64,000 nucleotides of DNA, from the NCBI GenBank assembly GCA_030603365.1, contig JAUVXV010000001.1:384001-448000 (forward strand). The letters run 5' to 3'. This DNA comes from Candidatus Heimdallarchaeota archaeon (GTDB lineage Archaea > Asgardarchaeota > Heimdallarchaeia > Heimdallarchaeales > Heimdallarchaeaceae). Positions 21,429 to 31,094 of the stretch are shown here, one piece after another; position 1 is the stretch's first letter; each line of letters starts with the position of its first letter. The notes under the pieces were generated by a model that was not told the DNA's origin, searched no databases, and saw only the letters and a program-made list of their open reading frames with translations. A program made the position numbers and the translations under genes.

Positions 21429-23021
21429 TTACCTTCGTTTCATCAATTCATCATAAATATTTTTGATTGATTTGAGTATTTTTGAACCATCTTTTAATGA
21501 ATAATCATCGTCCCAAAGTAAACTATCCACAACATTGAAAACTTGTTTAGCTTCTTTGAGAATTTGTTTTTCATCTTTAATCATGTCAAGAATAACATTA
21601 TTGATGTCCACTAGAACACTGATGTTAATTTCTCCTTTAACTATAATGGCTAATATTTTTTGATACGATTCTAGTATTTTTAGTGCTTCTTTTCCTTTCT
21701 TCTTAATTTTCTTAATATCTATTACAAGAGGTTCTTTTACCTTTACTCTGTCTTTTAGATCCTCTTCTAAAATCTCTTCAAGCTCTCTTTCTACTCCTCG
21801 TGCAAACCGTATTTTTCTTTTTCGTAGAACTGCTAGATATGCAAATAGAGGGAAGAGATTAAATTGCCAACTAGGTTCGAAGATTCCTTTTTCAACTAGT
21901 AATTTTTCGAAATACCTATTCAAGGAAAGTCCTATAGAAATAAGAATTAGAAATAGGTGGCATATAATCATCCATGAGTATGAGGTATCATCGGCGTTGA
22001 GAAAAATCATAACAGCTGCACTCAGTAAAAACCATATCGCCATTGCTATGAAAATGTAGCTTTCTTTTTGCCAGTATAACCAAACGCCAATAAGACTTGA
22101 AACAATAGTAACAAGATAGAAAATTATTACTTGGATAATTGCAATTTTAGACCAGAAAGTGAAATAAAACACTGCAAGCATGAGGGTTGAAAACATTGCT
22201 GCTCCAAATGCTGCTTGTACAAGTTGTCTAACATTACTTTCAAATTTGATGTCTGACTTAAATTGATGTCTATCTAGGGTCCCCCTGAATTTCTCGTAGT
22301 TTTGATAAAGAACAGCAAACATCATTCCACCCATTATTCCAATGTCTAGGATTGAAATGAATGTTGTAGTTTGTAAAAGGGGTGTAGCATCTACTTCATA
22401 GACTTCAAGGAATTTTGCAAAAATATCTCCATGAAAAACCATGGGGGCGAAGATTATGATTAATACCGTATATAGTAACCATAAGAGATTATTTGCTGAG
22501 CTAATAAGATCTAATGCAATTGGTGGTTCAGCAACATTCCATTCTGCACCACTTAGGAATTTTGGCATTCTATCCTGAATATATCTCGATCTAATCACTC
22601 TTTCTAGAATTTCCGAGCCTATAATTATCATTGCAATTATTGGTAAAGAAATCCAAATACCCAAACCATTAGGACTTGAACCAAGTAAGAGTAAAAAGAG
22701 GTTTACTCCTGTTGTATTGGCAATTCCAACACCTGCATTAGGAATGGTTGCTTGTAGAATTGAGAATAATATTATTATCAAAAATGGTGTTAATTTTAAG
22801 AAGGAATACCAGAGTTTCTCTAATCTAATACGAATTCCAACACCTCGAGCTGTTTCAACTAGTGTTGCATTTAGTTCATGTGGATAAACCTTACGTGTGC
22901 CTCTAACAATAGCTCTTGTTTGACTTTTAAAAAGCCTAGTTCTCATCCCAAAGGATCTCATGAGAACATCCATTTTTTTCAGAGATCTTTCTAGTGGTGT
23001 AGTAGGTTTTTTGGAGCTCAT
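21429..23021 (-). CDS. Hypothetical polytopic membrane protein (MoxR cluster)
   Basis: About 9 TM segments; start overlaps the stop of the upstream gene. Confidence 0.75.
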   Translation of the reverse strand: MSSKKPTTPLERSLKKMDVLMRSFGMRTRLFKSQTRAIVRGTRKVYPHELNATLVETARGVGIRIRLEKLWYSFLKLTPFLIIILFSILQATIPNAGVGIANTTGVNLFLLLLGSSPNGLGIWISLPIIAMIIIGSEILERVIRSRYIQDRMPKFLSGAEWNVAEPPIALDLISSANNLLWLLYTVLIIIFAPMVFHGDIFAKFLEVYEVDATPLLQTTTFISILDIGIMGGMMFAVLYQNYEKFRGTLDRHQFKSDIKFESNVRQLVQAAFGAAMFSTLMLAVFYFTFWSKIAIIQVIIFYLVTIVSSLIGVWLYWQKESYIFIAMAIWFLLSAAVMIFLNADDTSYSWMIICHLFLILISIGLSLNRYFEKLLVEKGIFEPSWQFNLFPLFAYLAVLRKRKIRFARGVERELEEILEEDLKDRVKVKEPLVIDIKKIKKKGKEALKILESYQKILAIIVKGEINISVLVDINNVILDMIKDEKQILKEAKQVFNVVDSLLWDDDYSLKDGSKILKSIKNIYDELMKRR

Positions 23022-23761
23022 TCAGTTTTTCCTCCTTCTTCCTTACGGTTTTTTGGCGTTTTCGATATTGCTCCCATCAATTTTTTAAAGGCTTTTTTAG
23101 AAAATTCACCCATTTTAGGAATTCCTACAAATAATGATGGAGTAATCATAATTAACAAAATAACTACAAAAACAAAGATCCATCTAACAAACGTTTGTGG
23201 ATCTGGAAATCCAGGGAGATTTATTATTGGTAGAGCAGCACCTCTTTCTACCTGAATATAAGATCTATCTCCTGGAAAGTATGCTATATAGAGCGTATCT
23301 TCTGGTTGCAATGAACTATGAGCAATAATTTCTATTGAAATATTAAACAGATTGTAATCATTTGGTGCAAGCAATGTGGTATTTATGTGGTATATTTGAA
23401 TTGTTTCATTCAGCATAAAATCTTCTGCATGGAGATATCTTGCTTCAGTTTCATTGTCAGGATAAACATAAGTAATATCAACATAGGTAATAGTAATATT
23501 CTCACCTGGAGGTATTTCACCTGTCTTTGCTTCAAGTGTGATGCTAAAGTTTACTCCTACATTTTCTTCCCAGCTTAATGGAGCTCTAGAAACAACTGTG
23601 AAGTTTGTATTTTCATCGATTTCAAATCTATAAGTTGGTGATGTGTATACACTCTCCTGTCCTTCAGTTGGAAGGATGAGGAATATAGACAGCACTAATA
23701 CTGTGATTATTAATAAATTACGAATAGGTTTCTTTAACTTCATTATTGCTCTTTTCTCCAT
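23018..23761 (-). CDS. Hypothetical secreted single-pass membrane protein (MoxR cluster)
   Basis: Signal peptide, beta-rich domain with N-x-S/T sequons, C-terminal TM. Confidence 0.75.
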   Translation of the reverse strand: MEKRAIMKLKKPIRNLLIITVLVLSIFLILPTEGQESVYTSPTYRFEIDENTNFTVVSRAPLSWEENVGVNFSITLEAKTGEIPPGENITITYVDITYVYPDNETEARYLHAEDFMLNETIQIYHINTTLLAPNDYNLFNISIEIIAHSSLQPEDTLYIAYFPGDRSYIQVERGAALPIINLPGFPDPQTFVRWIFVFVVILLIMITPSLFVGIPKMGEFSKKAFKKLMGAISKTPKNRKEEGGKTE

Positions 23762-25947
23762 TTTTCAAATTTCTCAATTAATTTCATTACAGATTCTAAA
23801 TAATCTCTGGATTGAGGTTTTGTGTAGTAGATTTGCTCTTCATTTAACACATTAAGGGAAATTCCACTACCTATTGAAAGTAATTCAAGAGTTTCAGCGA
23901 CTAAAAATGCAGGAATATATCTTTTTATGGTTTTTTCATGCAGATCTTCATTTACTGCAAGAAGGTTTACAGGTACAATTCTACTAAGATAACCAAGTAA
24001 TTCCCAATACTCACCCAACATAGCTTTCCAAGGTTCTAGAGACATGTCAATTTCTCTTGATCTTTTTATAGCCTCAATTTGTATCTCTTCAACTGATACA
24101 AGCATTTCATATTTTTGCTCCTCTTCCTGAATTTTCTTAATCATTCTTCTTCGAATAATGAAATAAGTTAGTAGAAATGCGAGAATGGGGGCTATGAAAC
24201 CTAGAAGACTTAGAAAAATGAGGTTATTCATCAAGGAATTTTGTTGTTCTTCAGTAAGCTCAGTTTCTACTCTGAAATGTTCGAATCTTGCTGATAAATC
24301 TTCTATTGCATCAAGAACATCAATAAATGAATATGTAATTTGTGCAGAGAATAGATCGTGATACGGATCAATTTCTCTATCATTATGAATAAATCTAATT
24401 TTTGTCCTTCCCTCAGGAGTTTTTTCTAGATTTCCATCGATATCTAAAATTAGATAACTCTCAGGAGATGCACTATATACTATCGAGTCTTCAGGCATGA
24501 TAACTGTATATTCAATATTGGCTCTTGAATAATCATAATCTGGGGTTGTTTCATTTTGCATGTCAGGATCTATAAATAACAACCAGAAATAATCGAGATA
24601 AACAAGGATGTTACTATTATTGTAATAAACATAGGGTTTGACTATCTCATAATGTATATATCCTTGAAGATTTCTTATAAGAAATCGGTCACTATACTGT
24701 TGAAATGATATAGGAGTTCCAAACTCATTATAGGCTCTGAATTCTAGAACCTCGCTTGTATCGATCCAGATGCTAAAATTGTCAACCGTAAAACCAATGT
24801 CCATGTATACTGTTTCAAATGCAATTCCATCCTTTCCTAAATCTACGATTGTTTCATAATCAATAACTCCATCTTCGTTAAATGTTGGAGTAGTTCCTTC
24901 CAGTGTTAATGTTTTATTATTAGTAATTGTTTGATAATTAACATCATCTACCGTTTGATCATTGATGTGAAAGGTAGGAGAAACCAACAATAGAATGAGG
25001 AATACATTGAATAGTGCAGAAACCCGTTTTCTTGGGTCTGCTTCTCCTTCTATGTCTCTGAGCATTTTCTTAGGTAAACTTCTAGCTTCATTCAATTTAG
25101 ATTTGAACTTCTTTTTTGCACGTAAATAACCATAAAGCGCAGCTGCTATACTTACTACAACTGCAAGGAATGCGATTAATTTGAAATAGGTTTGAAGTAG
25201 ATCTAGAAGATTTTCTATTTGTTCAAGCTCTTGTTCCTGTCTTTGATTTTGATACATCTGTTCGGTAAATTGAAGATAGATAGGATCAAAATTATAGGTG
25301 ATTTCATATGTTAAAGGATCATGAAATGGATCCATTGCTCTTTCCTCATAATCCCATGTAATTCCAAATGACTCCCCTTCCTTTACAATAACTGCATTTT
25401 CAGTAGGAGCAAAACTGACAAGTCCTGCACCTTTTGGAAGTATTTGTTTATTATGATAGGTTACGGGGGCATATCTTATTTCATCTTCTGGTGTGAGATA
25501 ACTAAATTGAGCCCAAAATGTATCAAAAATTACAATAAAGTTGGTATCTATGAAATAATCAGGTTCACTATAAACTTCTATTTTGTAATATATTTCTGTA
25601 GTTCTAGGAGTTATCTCAATTCTATCATCAAATAGGAAGAAATCAACATTTTCTGTTAAATTACCTATACCGTCCCAAAAAGCAATCAATCGCATTTGAA
25701 GAACGTTTCCATATATAGTAAGATATCCGCCTGGTGAATTAAGATCTATCCAATAGATATACCCGTTTGTTTCCGTTATGTTATCTCTGAAATAATATTG
25801 ATCTTTACTGATAACAACAGTGAAATCAGTTTCTTGGGCTTGAACATCATTCGTTTTTGAATGGATTACAAAAGCACTTCCACCCACTAAAGCAATGATT
25901 TCTAAACCTATGATTATCAACAAGATTAGCTTGCGTTCGATCTTCAT
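23743..25947 (-). CDS. Membrane protein with internally duplicated extracellular domain (MoxR cluster)
   Basis: Two halves with LPKGAGLVSFAP/MPEDSIVYSASP and DPFHD..YEITY/DPYHD..AQITY, each followed by coiled coil and TM. Confidence 0.78.
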   Translation of the reverse strand: MKIERKLILLIIIGLEIIALVGGSAFVIHSKTNDVQAQETDFTVVISKDQYYFRDNITETNGYIYWIDLNSPGGYLTIYGNVLQMRLIAFWDGIGNLTENVDFFLFDDRIEITPRTTEIYYKIEVYSEPDYFIDTNFIVIFDTFWAQFSYLTPEDEIRYAPVTYHNKQILPKGAGLVSFAPTENAVIVKEGESFGITWDYEERAMDPFHDPLTYEITYNFDPIYLQFTEQMYQNQRQEQELEQIENLLDLLQTYFKLIAFLAVVVSIAAALYGYLRAKKKFKSKLNEARSLPKKMLRDIEGEADPRKRVSALFNVFLILLLVSPTFHINDQTVDDVNYQTITNNKTLTLEGTTPTFNEDGVIDYETIVDLGKDGIAFETVYMDIGFTVDNFSIWIDTSEVLEFRAYNEFGTPISFQQYSDRFLIRNLQGYIHYEIVKPYVYYNNSNILVYLDYFWLLFIDPDMQNETTPDYDYSRANIEYTVIMPEDSIVYSASPESYLILDIDGNLEKTPEGRTKIRFIHNDREIDPYHDLFSAQITYSFIDVLDAIEDLSARFEHFRVETELTEEQQNSLMNNLIFLSLLGFIAPILAFLLTYFIIRRRMIKKIQEEEQKYEMLVSVEEIQIEAIKRSREIDMSLEPWKAMLGEYWELLGYLSRIVPVNLLAVNEDLHEKTIKRYIPAFLVAETLELLSIGSGISLNVLNEEQIYYTKPQSRDYLESVMKLIEKFEKWRKEQ

Positions 25948-25959
25948 TTAATTCAATCT

Positions 25960-26976
25960 CTATGCTTGTACACTTGGAGCTGGTGTGTGTTTCAATATTC
26001 GATCTATAATTATCTCTGAAGTTGTTCCATCGAATTCATATTCAGGTTTGATAAGCACTCTATGTCTTAACACGTTTTTAGCAACCTTCTGAATGTCTAC
26101 TGGATTAACATATTTTCTTCCATCCATAGCTGCTTCAGCTTTTGCAGCAATAGTCATCCATAAACTAGCTCTTGGACTTGCACCCATATATACTTCTTCG
26201 CTTTCTCTAGTAAGATTCACTATTCTAACTATATATTTAGTAAGATCTTCTGATATACTAACTCCACTCCTAACGATTTTTTGCAATTCCAGAACTTCAT
26301 CACCTGTCATCACAGGTTTGATATCTTCTAATTTATCATAAGAATCAAACTCACCAGTGAAACGGTTTACAATTTCAACTTCATTTTCTTCCACAGGATA
26401 AGTTACAAGAATTTTGAAAGCGAAACGATCAATTTGTGCTTCTGGTAGAGGATATGTTCCTTCAGTTTCTATGGGATTTTGAGTGGCGAACACCAAAAAT
26501 GGTGCGGGTAGTTCATATGTTTTCTTTTCAACAGATACTTGTTTTTCTTGCATACTTTCAAGCATTGCTGCTTGTGTTTTTGGAGGAGCTCTGTTAATTT
26601 CATCAGCTAACAGTAGGTTTGTAAAAACTGGACCTTGTTTGAAAAAGAAATCCCCTGTCTCTGGTCTAAAAGCCATGACTCCTGTTACATCAGAGGGCAT
26701 AAGATCTGGTGTAAACTGAATTCTTTTAAAATCAGCAGAGATAGCTTTTGCCAATGCACGTGCCATGAGTGTTTTTGCTATACCTGGTACTCCTTCTAGT
26801 AGAACATGGCCATCTGCTAAGATTGCTGCAATCATTGCATCGATGACTTCTTCCTGACCAACTATAACTTTACTAATACTCTCTTTAATCAATTTAATTT
26901 TTGTTGAAATATCTTTGATGCCAACTTTGGCAGATTGTGTTTTTTTCTTTGAAGTAGTTTTCTCCTTAGAACTCAT
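25960..26976 (-). CDS. moxR: MoxR-family AAA+ ATPase
   Basis: HVLLEGVPGIAKT, RIQFTPDLMPSD, DEINRAPPKTQ, ATQNPIE.EGTYPLPEAQ.DRF, GASPRA. Confidence 0.96.
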   Translation of the reverse strand: MSSKEKTTSKKKTQSAKVGIKDISTKIKLIKESISKVIVGQEEVIDAMIAAILADGHVLLEGVPGIAKTLMARALAKAISADFKRIQFTPDLMPSDVTGVMAFRPETGDFFFKQGPVFTNLLLADEINRAPPKTQAAMLESMQEKQVSVEKKTYELPAPFLVFATQNPIETEGTYPLPEAQIDRFAFKILVTYPVEENEVEIVNRFTGEFDSYDKLEDIKPVMTGDEVLELQKIVRSGVSISEDLTKYIVRIVNLTRESEEVYMGASPRASLWMTIAAKAEAAMDGRKYVNPVDIQKVAKNVLRHRVLIKPEYEFDGTTSEIIIDRILKHTPAPSVQA

Positions 26977-27073
26977 AATAGATACTCCTTAAGTAGAAAA
27001 GTCAAATTCCCTTATAAACATATTTTATTCAAAGAAATTAAAAATAACGGAAGAACAAAAATTATTACTTAAA

Positions 27074-27787
27074 TTACGTTTCTTCTTCTACAACTTTTCT
27101 ATTTGATTTTGTTGGAACTTCTTCTTCCCATTCTTCATCAAAAGACCATTGTGACAGAGAAATAGTAAATGAAGAATCTTCTTTACCAGGACATTCAATT
27201 CTTATAGTAAGCTGATCCTTAGAAATTTCTTCAATTTCAGGATGTAAACAGTTTTCTTCAAGAATATCCATAAGCGCAGCTACGTAGGTGTTTGAAATCG
27301 TATTGATACTCTCTTCCTGGATTTTAAGTCCAACCTCTCCTAATTTATAACATGTTTTACGGCCGTCGCTAAATTTTTCAACTAAATTAGCTTGTATCAT
27401 CCTATCTGCATGATGTCTAACTGTATCATGATGAATACTTAATGACTTTGCAATTACAGTTTGATGAGAGCCTTCATTATTCAAAATATAAGCAAAAATC
27501 TTTCTTGCTGTTACATGTTTCAAAACAACAAACGCTTTCTCAACATCTTCATCTCTTAAAGTCCTTGAATAATAGACCCGTTTGCCCACGAATTTTGTAG
27601 TCTTTATTAAATTCGCTTCTTCTAACTTCCTCAGATGCCAGTTAATTGTACCATGCGGGGCAGTCAAAGCGCTAGATAATTCAAAAAAATATGCACCAGG
27701 GGTCTCACAGACAAGACGGTAAATCTCACGGCGTAATGGATGAAGAAGCAAAGTGAGACGTTTTTCCTTTACTCTCCTTCGAACCAA
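27074..27787 (-). CDS. Tandem winged-helix (ArsR-like) transcription regulator
   Basis: Two HTH units (RREIY...PG..F.EL...INWHL; RKIF...HQT.IA...VRHH); TTG start with AGGAG upstream. Confidence 0.82.
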   Translation of the reverse strand: MVRRRVKEKRLTLLLHPLRREIYRLVCETPGAYFFELSSALTAPHGTINWHLRKLEEANLIKTTKFVGKRVYYSRTLRDEDVEKAFVVLKHVTARKIFAYILNNEGSHQTVIAKSLSIHHDTVRHHADRMIQANLVEKFSDGRKTCYKLGEVGLKIQEESINTISNTYVAALMDILEENCLHPEIEEISKDQLTIRIECPGKEDSSFTISLSQWSFDEEWEEEVPTKSNRKVVEEET

Positions 27788-27802
27788 AAAAGGTTCGCTC
27801 CT

Positions 27803-28231
27803 TTAAACTGTTAGAGTATCAACCTCTACGCTTGATACTCCTTCGATGCGCTCAAGTTCATCCTTGATTTGATCAATACTGACTTCTTTAAGCTCATCTG
27901 AGTCAATATAACCTTCATACACACAAGCACTTTGTGTGAAACACAAACCAGTACTGTACAGTGTTTTAATACCGAGTCTAATGAAAATAGAACCCATTTT
28001 ACGAAGGAAATCAGGAGATAATTTTCCGATATTAATGTTGATTTTTGCTACTTCATTAGTACTTGTAGGTATAATTCTAATGATTCTAGTATTCGGAGCA
28101 AGAATCAATACTGCAAAAGTTTTACCATCTGGTTTGAGAGCTGATAAGAATTCTTCTGGAAGTTCAATTGGCTTCTCAGCCTCTAACTTAACCATCTTTG
28201 CGATTGTAACAGATTGCTTTTCGCTGCTCAT
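27803..28231 (-). CDS. Putative AbrB-like plus ACT-like domain regulator
   Basis: N-terminal IELPEEF..AL...IRIIP; C-terminal ACT-like beta/alpha pattern ending L.RIEGVSSVEV. Confidence 0.55.
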   Translation of the reverse strand: MSSEKQSVTIAKMVKLEAEKPIELPEEFLSALKPDGKTFAVLILAPNTRIIRIIPTSTNEVAKININIGKLSPDFLRKMGSIFIRLGIKTLYSTGLCFTQSACVYEGYIDSDELKEVSIDQIKDELERIEGVSSVEVDTLTV

Positions 28232-28270
28232 TTTCTTTTTTCTCCATCTATAACTATTATTGATTACTGT

Positions 28271-28290
28271 ATGTAATTACATTTATATAA
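28271..28290 (-). promoter_or_regulatory. TATA box (28283-28290) with adjacent 12-bp palindrome ATGTAATTACAT (28271-28282)
   Basis: Perfect palindrome directly downstream of TTATATAA, upstream of the first gene of the regulator/MoxR block. Confidence 0.5.
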
Positions 28291-28471
28291 CTATTTTGCC
28301 TTTCTTAAATACTTTACGCTACTGCGTGGTATATTTAGGTGTTTTATTTTATAAAATTAGATGATTATTTAACTAAATATTTGTTTTAAGATTGCGGTTT
28401 TAATGAGAATTTTTAACAATAAGTTTTAATAACACTCTCGCCCGTCTATCTTCAAACTTGAGGATGCAATA

Positions 28472-30157
28472 ATGAGCGAATCAGCAGTAGAAACATCTAA
28501 ACAAGAAGATGATGATTTATACACCATCCCTCACCCAAACCGATCTTTAATAGGCATTCTAATTTCAACCTTCTTTCTAAGAGTAGCTTTTGGAAGTACA
28601 ACTGTTCTTATGCCAGTTTTTATTTTCCAACATCTGAAAGACTTACCTGGATGGGGTGCTAGTATGGGTATTATTGTTGTAGAAATTACTTATGCAATAG
28701 CAGTGATTGTTAGTTCAGGATATTTTGGTTTTCGTTCCGACACATCAAATTCAAAAAGATGGATATTATTGGGAACAGCAGCTGGTGGAATGATATTAGC
28801 TGGATATGGTGTATGCGCTCTGAATTGGGAAGGGTGGATTGGAATTACTCCCTTGGTAAATGGTTTGTTAATTTTTGGAATGAGTATTTACCACTTCTTA
28901 CATGGACTTGCAGGTTCATGTAAAGTCAATGCATCTTATGGATATATCTCCCGATTTTCCGTGTATGAGACAAGAGCAACTCGAGTGGGTTTCTATAATG
29001 TCTCAGTTTCAGGGGGTCGAGCAGCAGGTGTTCTTCTTGCTGGTGTGCTGTATGATAGAATGGTGGGAGTAACTGAATCTACTGTTTACTCCTATACAAT
29101 AAGAAATCCAGGGAATGTAGTGAAGATTTTTGAACCAATTCCTGGCATAACAGAAATCGGTCAATCTTGGGTTCCAACCACGCCATATAATCTGGTCTAT
29201 ATCTATTTGTTATTTGGTTTTGCAATTCTAATATCTGCAGTAGTAGTATATTTTATGCTCGATAAAACAAGGCCTGTTGCAAAAGAAGAGAAATATAACA
29301 TTAAAAAAGAGCTCCTTACCTCTTGGAGACTAATTAAAGATAAAAGCAGAAGAGGTATCGTATTACCACTTCTTGGAACGGCATCAATAATAGGAATTCT
29401 CAATAATTGGGGCTATCTGGTACTTTCTATCGAATCTTCTCCTGGTGCAGCTAGTTGGACTACTGTTATCTTCACCTTAGTTTTGGGTGTTCCCATGGCA
29501 CTTTGGGGCTGGTTAGCAGATAAAATAGGTCGAAGGAAAACACTTTGGATAGGAGTCTCTGGTCTCTTATTGATGGCTGTGGCAATAGGCTTAGCTTTCT
29601 TTGGAAACTATCTTACTGGAGGTAAGTCTTGGACTGATCCTACTGCCAGTTTTGATCCTAGCGGTTTCGTGAAAAATACTTGGATATTGGTTCTACTTGT
29701 AATTTCACTTTTTATGGGGTCTGCTTATTTTCCTGCAATCAGTGGAAGATTAGGAGATAGTAGTTCTCTTGGAGTTACAGATGAAGAAGTAGATGAAACA
29801 GAAGAGCTTGAAAGAACTGCTGAATTTCATGGTGCTACAATGAGTATACAACAAACTATCATTTCTATAAGTGAAATTATAGGAATAGTATTGGGTGGTG
29901 TAGCTTTGATGATAGTATTTGCAATAGCTGGAACAAGAAATAATTTTGCCTACAATATGATTGGAATGATTATACCAATTCTATTACTACTTATCTTCAC
30001 AACTGTAGTCTCATTTATGTGGCCAGCTGAAGATGATTTCGTAGAAACCAGTCAAGTAAGAAGAAAAGAAAAAGCATCAAAAGATGATTCTGAAACAATA
30101 CTAAACAAAGCTTCTACTTTCATTAAAGGCAAATTTGGGAAGAGTAAAAAAGAATAA
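28472..30157 (+). CDS. MFS transporter
   Basis: About 12 TM segments, GWLADKIGRRK motif A. Confidence 0.88.
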   Translation: MSESAVETSKQEDDDLYTIPHPNRSLIGILISTFFLRVAFGSTTVLMPVFIFQHLKDLPGWGASMGIIVVEITYAIAVIVSSGYFGFRSDTSNSKRWILLGTAAGGMILAGYGVCALNWEGWIGITPLVNGLLIFGMSIYHFLHGLAGSCKVNASYGYISRFSVYETRATRVGFYNVSVSGGRAAGVLLAGVLYDRMVGVTESTVYSYTIRNPGNVVKIFEPIPGITEIGQSWVPTTPYNLVYIYLLFGFAILISAVVVYFMLDKTRPVAKEEKYNIKKELLTSWRLIKDKSRRGIVLPLLGTASIIGILNNWGYLVLSIESSPGAASWTTVIFTLVLGVPMALWGWLADKIGRRKTLWIGVSGLLLMAVAIGLAFFGNYLTGGKSWTDPTASFDPSGFVKNTWILVLLVISLFMGSAYFPAISGRLGDSSSLGVTDEEVDETEELERTAEFHGATMSIQQTIISISEIIGIVLGGVALMIVFAIAGTRNNFAYNMIGMIIPILLLLIFTTVVSFMWPAEDDFVETSQVRRKEKASKDDSETILNKASTFIKGKFGKSKKE

Positions 30158-30209
30158 AAAAGTGCTCTTACCCACACTTTTTTAACCTAGTATTTCTGGC
30201 AGTCATTCG

Positions 30210-31094
30210 ATGAAAAATACTTGGTTGTTTCTAAATCAGATGTCTTTTGATACCAATCTAGTAAATTCTAACACAACTGTAATAGTAGGTTTTTCTGGTT
30301 ATGGTTCAGTAGGTACTACAGTTCTTAATCATATCATAGAGAAACTAAGTGTTGAATCAATAGGATTTTGGGGAACACTAAGTTGGTTTCATAAAGGAGC
30401 TTTAGAAACTCCAATTACTATTTACAATCTAAAATTAAAATCAAAAGATGAAAAGGAAAATTTCATCTTAATAACATCTAGATTACCTATTCCAGTTGTT
30501 GGTTATAATGCTCTACCCGATGCATTCTGGAAATGGTTATCTCAAGAAATTCTCTCATGGAAAGCTAAACGATATGTAGTCGTTGGCGGTTTAAGAGAAG
30601 ATATTCGTAATTCTTCTGATGATTCATGGACAACTTTAATTCCTACAAGGAAATACTCAGAAATTTATGGGACTCAGAGAACTTTTAAAGATGATTTAAC
30701 AATAAAGGGACCAATAAGTTTCTTATTGACAGAGGGAACAGCCTTTAACCTTCCAATCCTTGGTATTCTATCATATTGTAATACTTATGATGTTGATTTA
30801 GATGCAGCTCTTATGGCTTTGAAAGACTTAGAAAAACAACTTGATTTAGATTTAGACTCTACAGAAATAAAGGAATTTGATTTTTCATTTCTAGATAACC
30901 AAGTAGAATTCTTTCAAGACGAATCAGAATTTGATGAAGATTTTGAGCCTGAGTATGAAGAAGATTATGGCGAAGAATTCGAAAGTTTTGATGCTGAAAA
31001 GGAGAATACTGAAGAAACAAAATTTTCTCGAGAAAAAACTTCTTCATTTCACTCAGATAGAACCAATAAAGATGATTTAAACAAATATAAGTGA
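30210..31094 (+). CDS. PAC2-family (proteasome assembly chaperone-like) protein with acidic tail
   Basis: IVGFSGYGSVG, VVGG, I.GP...LL, D..AA; D/E-rich C-terminus. Confidence 0.75.
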   Translation: MKNTWLFLNQMSFDTNLVNSNTTVIVGFSGYGSVGTTVLNHIIEKLSVESIGFWGTLSWFHKGALETPITIYNLKLKSKDEKENFILITSRLPIPVVGYNALPDAFWKWLSQEILSWKAKRYVVVGGLREDIRNSSDDSWTTLIPTRKYSEIYGTQRTFKDDLTIKGPISFLLTEGTAFNLPILGILSYCNTYDVDLDAALMALKDLEKQLDLDLDSTEIKEFDFSFLDNQVEFFQDESEFDEDFEPEYEEDYGEEFESFDAEKENTEETKFSREKTSSFHSDRTNKDDLNKYK

